Below the pieces are notes generated by a model, which had not been told where the DNA came from, made no database searches, and was given only the letters and a program-made list of their open reading frames with translations. The position numbers and the translations under genes are program-made. From Candidatus Methanomethylicia archaeon (GTDB taxonomy: Archaea; Thermoproteota; Methanomethylicia; CALHIW01), in assembly GCA_038845975.1 (NCBI GenBank), contig JAWBQF010000027.1:1-36515 (forward strand): a stretch of 36,515 nt of DNA. Reading direction: 5' to 3'. Below are positions 30,150 to 36,515 of this stretch, piece after piece (within the stretch, counting starts at the first letter, position 1; the number at the start of each line of letters is the position of its first letter).

Positions 30150-30566
30150 TCTACTCCCAACTTGAAGGATAACATTACCAATATAAATTTTGTTCTTGCT
30201 AACTCGTATTCTATCAACTTTAGAGAGTTTACTTAGGATATTCCTACCTTATTGCTACGATTAAGACATTATCAAGTTGATGTAAAATTAAGAGCAGTAA
30301 ACATTTAGAGATTTTATTAGGAAGAGTAATCAATACATATAGTAAATGTGAAGCCATTAGAATATGCTGGAGGTAATATAGCTACATAACATATAATTGA
30401 GTAAGACTACGCATCGCTAAGTAGGCAGATACATATAGAAAATGAACTAAAGATGATAAATGAAAATCCTTATAAGTGAGGTAATGAAAGCGATGTAACA
30501 TCTAAGGTTACAGGACACCATATGCTGGGCTAAATATTTATAAGTTTATAATTTAAATATTTTAGA

Positions 30567-31109
30567 ATGAGTAAAAGCCTAATTGTAAGAATAAGTGTTA
30601 ATGATCAATTTGGATTATATGATGAAAACTGTAGAAGAGTAGATCAAATCCTTAAAGCATTAGGTTTAAAACCAATGACAAATTGGAAACAGGGTAAGGA
30701 TTTAGAGCTTGGAATTCTAAGTGGAGCTACAGCTATAGTGAAAATGAGGGAGTACGAGTCAACAGTAGCTCCAGAGATACTAAAATTAATACTTTTAGGT
30801 ATCCAATATATTGACTTAAGAGATTACTATACTGAAATACCACTAGTAGAGAGGCCATTTACAGAACAGCTAATAAAAGTAGCAGATATAGATGTTTGGG
30901 TGTCTTCGAAATCATTGTTTAAATTGCTTACATACTGGAATAAAGTATCAAAAGAGCAGGTATGTAAAAAATTACATTTAAAGCCAGATGAGCTTATTAG
31001 TGTAGGCTTAGAGAAATATCGGGAGCATCTCAATACCTTATCTCCTGAAATTAAAGAGGAAATTAAACATATAGAGGTAGAAATCATTAAAAAGCGCTTA
31101 AAAATGTAA
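30567..31109 (+). CDS. Hypothetical protein, weakly CitX-like
   Basis: Clean 180-aa ORF with a TATA-like element upstream; VRISVN at the N-terminus and LK...GI...VADIDV. Confidence 0.6.
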   Translation: MSKSLIVRISVNDQFGLYDENCRRVDQILKALGLKPMTNWKQGKDLELGILSGATAIVKMREYESTVAPEILKLILLGIQYIDLRDYYTEIPLVERPFTEQLIKVADIDVWVSSKSLFKLLTYWNKVSKEQVCKKLHLKPDELISVGLEKYREHLNTLSPEIKEEIKHIEVEIIKKRLKM

Positions 31110-31203
31110 TATGAACTCTAATTCTTTATGATCAATCAAGCTCCTAAGTTTACCGTGTCTTCCATAAAAGCATAAAAATATATAGGATTTTAAGAGGTTC
31201 ATA

Positions 31204-32268
31204 TTGTGGTGGGCTGTGAATAAAGAAATCCATGAAAAACATGCACTTATACATGCCTTTATTAATGAATATGCAAGTTTAAGATTTCTATCTGCTGGTG
31301 ATGCTCATGGCGATATTAAGCGGACCCAGAAGTATTTATATGAATGTATGAATGACAAGCATTGCTCACATATAGTTTTTACTGGTGACTATCAGGCTGA
31401 GCCTGAAAGAAATCGTGTACATGCTAGGAGTAATGTTAAGCAAGTTCTTAGAGAAATGGGGAAAAATCTAGATGATAGAATAGTTTTTGTTCTTGGAGGT
31501 AATTATGAGTTACTAGGAGTTACATCAGAGGTTTCGTTAGAGCTCGGGGAACCACTATTTCCAATAGGCTGCTCTACAGATATGTTAAGTGAAGGTGTTT
31601 ATCCTGGAAACTACTTTAAAAACAATGATATTGTATTTATCGGAGTAGAAGGAACAAACCCAATTAACCAACGCTATCCAGGTGAAAGAACAGAATCTGA
31701 TTTGGAATGGGCTTTGGAAAGAGCTGTTGAAAAAGCATCTCCGCTTAACAACATAATAGTATTAATAACTCATGCTCCGCCGTACAATTGTGGAAGTAGA
31801 GATTCCCTTGGAGCTTTCGGTTTACCATCTACCTATTGGGGTAAACATGTTGGCAGTACTGCTATTAAATATTTCCTTATGAAGTATGGTGTGTTTCTAC
31901 ATGTATGCGGTCATGTTCATGAAGGTGTTGGCGCATCTCTATGCTTATGGAGGAATGGTAATACTGAAATTAACGATTTGAAGATGACTGCCTATGAAGC
32001 AATACTGTTTATCATTAACAAAAGAGATAGGAGTAAAGCTACATTATGTGTTAATCATGGAACATTAGAGTTCTGGAACTACTTTAAATTTAAACTAGCT
32101 GAAACTGATAATTATTTACTTTTAGAAGTTCAGAAAAGAAGACTTGGAGGAGAAGATATTTTAACTAAAATAACTAAAAAATTGAGTTTAGACTCCCGAT
32201 TCAAATACTCAAAAATATTCTATTTTAATATAGATCTTGAAGATGTTATCTGTGAAATTAAGAAATAG
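31204..32268 (+). CDS. Calcineurin-like metallophosphoesterase
   Basis: GDAHG, TGDY, GNYE, THAPP, CGHVHE motifs. Confidence 0.85.
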   Translation: MWWAVNKEIHEKHALIHAFINEYASLRFLSAGDAHGDIKRTQKYLYECMNDKHCSHIVFTGDYQAEPERNRVHARSNVKQVLREMGKNLDDRIVFVLGGNYELLGVTSEVSLELGEPLFPIGCSTDMLSEGVYPGNYFKNNDIVFIGVEGTNPINQRYPGERTESDLEWALERAVEKASPLNNIIVLITHAPPYNCGSRDSLGAFGLPSTYWGKHVGSTAIKYFLMKYGVFLHVCGHVHEGVGASLCLWRNGNTEINDLKMTAYEAILFIINKRDRSKATLCVNHGTLEFWNYFKFKLAETDNYLLLEVQKRRLGGEDILTKITKKLSLDSRFKYSKIFYFNIDLEDVICEIKK

Positions 32269-32614
32269 AAGTAATCACTTCATAAAAGATATTATGGTAT
32301 AGATTTAATGAGCACTCATGATTGGACATGAAGGTAAGCTAAGGACTCCGCAGTCTATTTACTCAAATCTATAAGCCTAATTTATCATTTCCTTAACTGT
32401 AAGCTATCCAGAAAGCTTTACAGGTCTATATCACGAGGTAAAATCCTATTAATCTATTTCATATCTGCGTTTTAGATTGATAAAGCTTACTATATGATCT
32501 ATTAGTTTAATCAGGGAGATAGCTGAGTTCATATGAAGAATTAAAGAATGATCACGTATGCTTAAGCTAAAGCCAAAGAGAAAAATTTAATAAACAAAGA
32601 AGTAATAGGTATAT

Positions 32615-33604
32615 ATGTCTGCTTATAAGGATGTTACTCCATTTAGTGGTATTCAGACGTTTTTAGGTAGAGATCATGTACATTCTCTTAGTGGTGATGA
32701 GGATGTAGCTGTACTAGGAATTCCAATAGATTCCGGAGTGTCATATATGCCTGGAGCACGATTAGGACCTTCCGGAATTAGAAGAGCATCGATGATTTAT
32801 AAGTTTTATAATGTAAATGAGGGGTTGCTTGATATTTTAAGAGGGAAAGTTATATTGAGAAATGTTAAAATAGTGGATTTAGGAGATATTGATGTTCCTT
32901 TCGGTGATCAGAAAGAAGCTATGAATACTATTTACAGAAAGGTTTTATCTTTATTTTCTAAGAATATGGAGACTTTTAGATTATTTCTAGGTGGTGACCA
33001 TTCAGTGACTTTCCCCTTAGTTAAGGCTGTGAAAGATAGCTATGGTGATATAGGTTTAGTGCAGATTGATGCTCACTTAGATATGCTTAGCTCATATATT
33101 GGTAATGCATACACTCATGGCTCCCCAATTCTGAGATGCATCGATGAGGCGGAAATTAAGCCCAATAAAGTCTTTCAGATAGGTATGAGAGGATTCTTAA
33201 ACTCACATGAATCACTTAGAAGCGCGAAGAAGCTTAGAACCACTATATTTACCATGAGAGAGGTTAAAAGGCTTGGAATAGAAAATATTACCTGTAGAGT
33301 AAGAGAGGAAGTAAAGAACACGCCTATATATTTAACTTTTGATATTGATGCTATGGATCCAAGCATAGCTCCAGGAACAGGAATTCCGGAACCAGGAGGG
33401 TTTTCGCATGATGAGGCATTAGAGCTTATTGATAGCTTATTTTCAAGTCTTAATATAGTAGCTATGGATGTTGTTGAAGTCTCACCACTACTAGATATAA
33501 ATGATATTACATCGAAACTAGCCGTATCAATAATTCTTGAGGCTTTAGGGGTAAAATTTTCTATTTATCAAAATGAATTATCCCATAATAATAAGTTCAT
33601 TTAA
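32615..33604 (+). CDS. speB: Agmatinase / ureohydrolase family enzyme
   Basis: GARLGP, GGDHS, DAHLD, HG, DIDAMDPSIAPGTG, EVSP. Confidence 0.9.
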   Translation: MSAYKDVTPFSGIQTFLGRDHVHSLSGDEDVAVLGIPIDSGVSYMPGARLGPSGIRRASMIYKFYNVNEGLLDILRGKVILRNVKIVDLGDIDVPFGDQKEAMNTIYRKVLSLFSKNMETFRLFLGGDHSVTFPLVKAVKDSYGDIGLVQIDAHLDMLSSYIGNAYTHGSPILRCIDEAEIKPNKVFQIGMRGFLNSHESLRSAKKLRTTIFTMREVKRLGIENITCRVREEVKNTPIYLTFDIDAMDPSIAPGTGIPEPGGFSHDEALELIDSLFSSLNIVAMDVVEVSPLLDINDITSKLAVSIILEALGVKFSIYQNELSHNNKFI

Positions 33605-34177
33605 GCTGCTTGCCTAATATACACATTATTACTATAATCGTAGCTTCCATTAAGTATTGAGTTAACTGGCTGAACTTATGGAAGTGTATGGTTAAGCCTT
33701 ATTTATGTGTGGAGGTTAGTTTATCTTAACGTCGAGGGATTCTAATAAGTTAGGAACTAGATAAAGCTAAGGATTTAACAATGAATGAATCCATAAACAA
33801 GTCTAAATTCCTCTAAAAGTCAAGCTAGTTAGTATACAGTATATTTAGGGCAAAATTAAAGCTAAGAACCTAGCAAACACATAGCTAAAGTACGTTTAAA
33901 ACCAGTTTAAACTAACCATCTAGAATTTATATTGGAATTAAGAATAAAGCACATAAAGCTTCTACATTTATGTATGGATAATATAAGTTACCTAGTTTAG
34001 GAATAGGTAATATACATACCAAATCCCCTAAGAGAATTCCATAGCTATGGAGAATCATAAAGAAAGAATCAGCATACGATTCGAGAACAAAGCTAAAGAG
34101 TGAAATGAATCCAAACACAACAGCCAAAATACCATCAATAGTTAAGAATAAAAGTTATTTATGTGGAGATGACTTAA

Positions 34178-35638
34178 TTATATTAGTTTTGGAATGTTAA
34201 CTTTATGTTTTTTAGCCGCCTCCACAATAACTTCATCAAGTGCTTTTGCTTTATCTTCAGGTAGTGGCTCTACACTATAGGATTTTAGTTTTTCATCTAT
34301 TAATTCCTTGATGCGTTGATCTATGTTTTTAGCTCCTTTAGTTTTCCATGTGCTTCTCGTATATCTGTTGATTACTGGTTTTGTTAGGAGTATTTCTTTA
34401 GGAATCCATTTAATCATGTATTTTAGGATTAATGGATTCTTTATGTATTCAGCTCCAGGCTCCACGGATTTAAATATTTCAATAGCTAATGTTTCATCAT
34501 TTATTTCTATTCCTCTCTTTAGTCTTAATGCTATTTTACAGATTTCATTATCTAGGATTAGCTTCTCAATATTCTGTGTTATTTCAGACTCTAGCATTCC
34601 AGGTCCCTGTATTATGTTTATTCCTGCTATTGTTCCTATTGTGAGTTGATATGAGCTTTCAAGTATGCTCTGCATATCTAGGGTTAATGAATCACTAATT
34701 CCAAGGAATGCATGGGATGGAATATTTAGCCATTTAGCTACATCATTATATCCGAGAGTTGATAGTAGGACTTCAGGTGCACCTAGAAGATTAACTCCAG
34801 TTCTAGGATCTAGAGCTCCTACAGATCCTCCAAATAGAATAGGAGTTCCAGGATTTATAAGCTGTGATATAACAAGTCCTGAAAGGAATTCAGCTACGTG
34901 TTGGAGAATTGATGAGGCTACTGTTCCTGGAGATGTTAAACCTATTTGTGGCATAGGTAAAATCGAGACTGGTACGCTATATCTTGAACATGTAATTAGA
35001 CTCTTCATAGTTATATCACTCCACTTAAATGGTGGTGATACACAACAAACGAATATAGCATAGGGATACTTAGCTAAATCATCATAGCTACCCCTAATAA
35101 TGGAGAGCATTTTAATCATATCCTCAGTTCCATCAATAGTGAATGTTCCTGTAACTATAGGCTTCATTGAGAGTTTAAGAAGTAGATATAGACGATACCT
35201 ATCAGCAATCATAGATGGACAGTCAGCAGGTACTAGAGATGTACCTTGAATATGAATACATTCAAGCATTTCTACAATCTTCACAAACCTTATAAAATCA
35301 TCAGTTAGAGGATTTTTAACCTTAAGATCATGATCTAAATACTTCATTGCTGAAGAGCCTGGAACAAAATATGTCTGTTCTTCCTCGATAGTTAGAAAGC
35401 TCCTCCTCTTCCTATCATAAAGTTTAAATGATTTTGGTGCTTTTTTCAAAGCTTCATTTACAATATACTCAGGAATAAATGCTATTCTACCCCTCTTATC
35501 AACTTTAACTCCAGCCTTATCAAGTATGTTTAAGGCATCATCATGATAGATAAGAATACCTCTTGACTCAAGAATATCTAATGCCCTACTAAATATTAAG
35601 GAAATTTCTGAACTACTTAAAACACTTAATCTATACAT
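34178..35638 (-). CDS. Trimethylamine methyltransferase (MttB/COG5598) superfamily protein, non-pyrrolysine
   Basis: LE..GI, ALKKAPKSF, TSPGT, AE.LSG..I.QL..PG.P, GPGMLE, DNEI; no in-frame TAG. Confidence 0.9.
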   Translation of the reverse strand: MYRLSVLSSSEISLIFSRALDILESRGILIYHDDALNILDKAGVKVDKRGRIAFIPEYIVNEALKKAPKSFKLYDRKRRSFLTIEEEQTYFVPGSSAMKYLDHDLKVKNPLTDDFIRFVKIVEMLECIHIQGTSLVPADCPSMIADRYRLYLLLKLSMKPIVTGTFTIDGTEDMIKMLSIIRGSYDDLAKYPYAIFVCCVSPPFKWSDITMKSLITCSRYSVPVSILPMPQIGLTSPGTVASSILQHVAEFLSGLVISQLINPGTPILFGGSVGALDPRTGVNLLGAPEVLLSTLGYNDVAKWLNIPSHAFLGISDSLTLDMQSILESSYQLTIGTIAGINIIQGPGMLESEITQNIEKLILDNEICKIALRLKRGIEINDETLAIEIFKSVEPGAEYIKNPLILKYMIKWIPKEILLTKPVINRYTRSTWKTKGAKNIDQRIKELIDEKLKSYSVEPLPEDKAKALDEVIVEAAKKHKVNIPKLI

Positions 35639-36118
35639 AGAGTCATCAACCCCCTTCCTAACAATTTAATATAGTATTTGAATTTCTCCATCACCATCAT
35701 CAACGATCCACTGTCTGAATACTTTAGAATCCTAAAATTCTCTATAAAATTCATAAATTCAAACCTATTCACATATAGCATAAAACTCACTCTTTCAGTA
35801 TATACTTCCTAATAAATCTTTCTGACTTATTTCAATGTCCTGCCAAATTTAGATGTTTATATTTATTGTGTTAGTAGGATTATGATGAATATGGAGGATA
35901 TAGCTTAATAGATAGAATCCTATCCTTTCCAAACTACATCTAGAAAAGTGACTTAATAAAGCCTGTAATATGAATGGTTTTCTTACCACTCCTAAAATCC
36001 ATTAATCATACTCATATAAGGTAAGAAGATTCATACTTAAACATCTAAATTTGACAGAATACTTCTCTTATGGATTTTTTAATAGGAAGTTAAATTGTAT
36101 TTATGGAATGTTAAAAAG

Positions 36119-36515
36119 AGCTTTGTGGCTTAATTAATTTTTGGTTTATTGAATCTTTAGTTTATGGATTGGAGGGTTGTTGATGAGCGTTTGATTAGGC
36201 GTGGTGAGCTTCTTCTTAGCCTGGAATTTCTTGAAGGCTATGATTCTGAGCTTACGGCTTTGAATCGTGGTAAGGTAGGTCATCCCTTCAAGCTTACCGT
36301 TAGGTATGTTGAATTCCTTATGGTTGTACGTTATCTCTTCTCAATGCCTTACAGGCAGCTTGAAGGCTTCACTAGGGCTTTAAATAGGCTTATCCCTAAG
36401 CTTCCATCAGTTGACTATTCTTGGATTAGGAGACGTATATTAACGCTTAACCCATCTTTATATGATTCGCTGAGGGACTCAAGCAGTCCTATTACTATAG
36501 CCGTTGACTCGAGCG
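36119..36515 (+). mobile_element. IS5-family (IS903/ISC1058-like) insertion sequence, left end; transposase starts at 36164 and runs off the window
   Basis: MDWRVVDERLIRRGE...NRGKVGHPF...MPYRQLEG...DYSWIRRR...IAVDSS; GCTTTGTGGC at about 36120 resembles an IS903-group terminal repeat. Confidence 0.9.

Noticed and set aside
33927-34127. Hydrophobic 66-aa ORF downstream of mttB
   Set aside because: Non-ATG start and no family motif; not supportable.
7360-35063. Antisense shadow ORFs (7360, 8965, 9384, 9812, 13564, 14924, 20126, 21480, 29776, 30827, 33175, 34323, 34665)
   Set aside because: They lie opposite well-supported genes or pseudogenes and have S/F/L-rich antisense composition.
1-36515. 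tRNA, rRNA or structured ncRNA genes
   Set aside because: No GC-rich noncoding island or cloverleaf motif was seen; such RNAs would stand out in this AT-rich background.

Overview
AT-rich archaeal chromosomal segment, most likely from a thermophilic TACK/Thermoproteota organism (inferred from the ATTGAAAG-type CRISPR repeat, csa1, an arcadin-1-like gene, nurA-herA-mre11-rad50 and BRE/TATA promoters). Positions 1-15.6 kb form a defence/accessory island. It holds the trailer part of a long CRISPR array (51 repeats counted, leader outside the window), an adaptation-only cas module (csa1 divergent from cas1-cas2, then an unknown 88-aa ORF where cas4 usually sits), a decayed HEPN-MNT pair, a COG1373-type AAA+ ATPase with an operator-like palindrome, and five repeat-containing coiled-coil genes or remnants. 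The array has a sharp terminal-base switch (A in repeats 1-22, G in repeats 23-51) next to a double-length 79-nt spacer. Positions 16-36.5 kb hold a radical SAM protein, an enoyl-CoA hydratase, the arcadin-1-like gene, the nurA-herA-mre11-rad50 cluster, a TPP enzyme, a homocitrate/isopropylmalate-synthase-family enzyme, a metallophosphoesterase, an agmatinase-family enzyme, a non-pyrrolysine MttB and the start of an IS5-family element, with many gene remnants between them. All calls come from reading motifs by eye; no database search was run.
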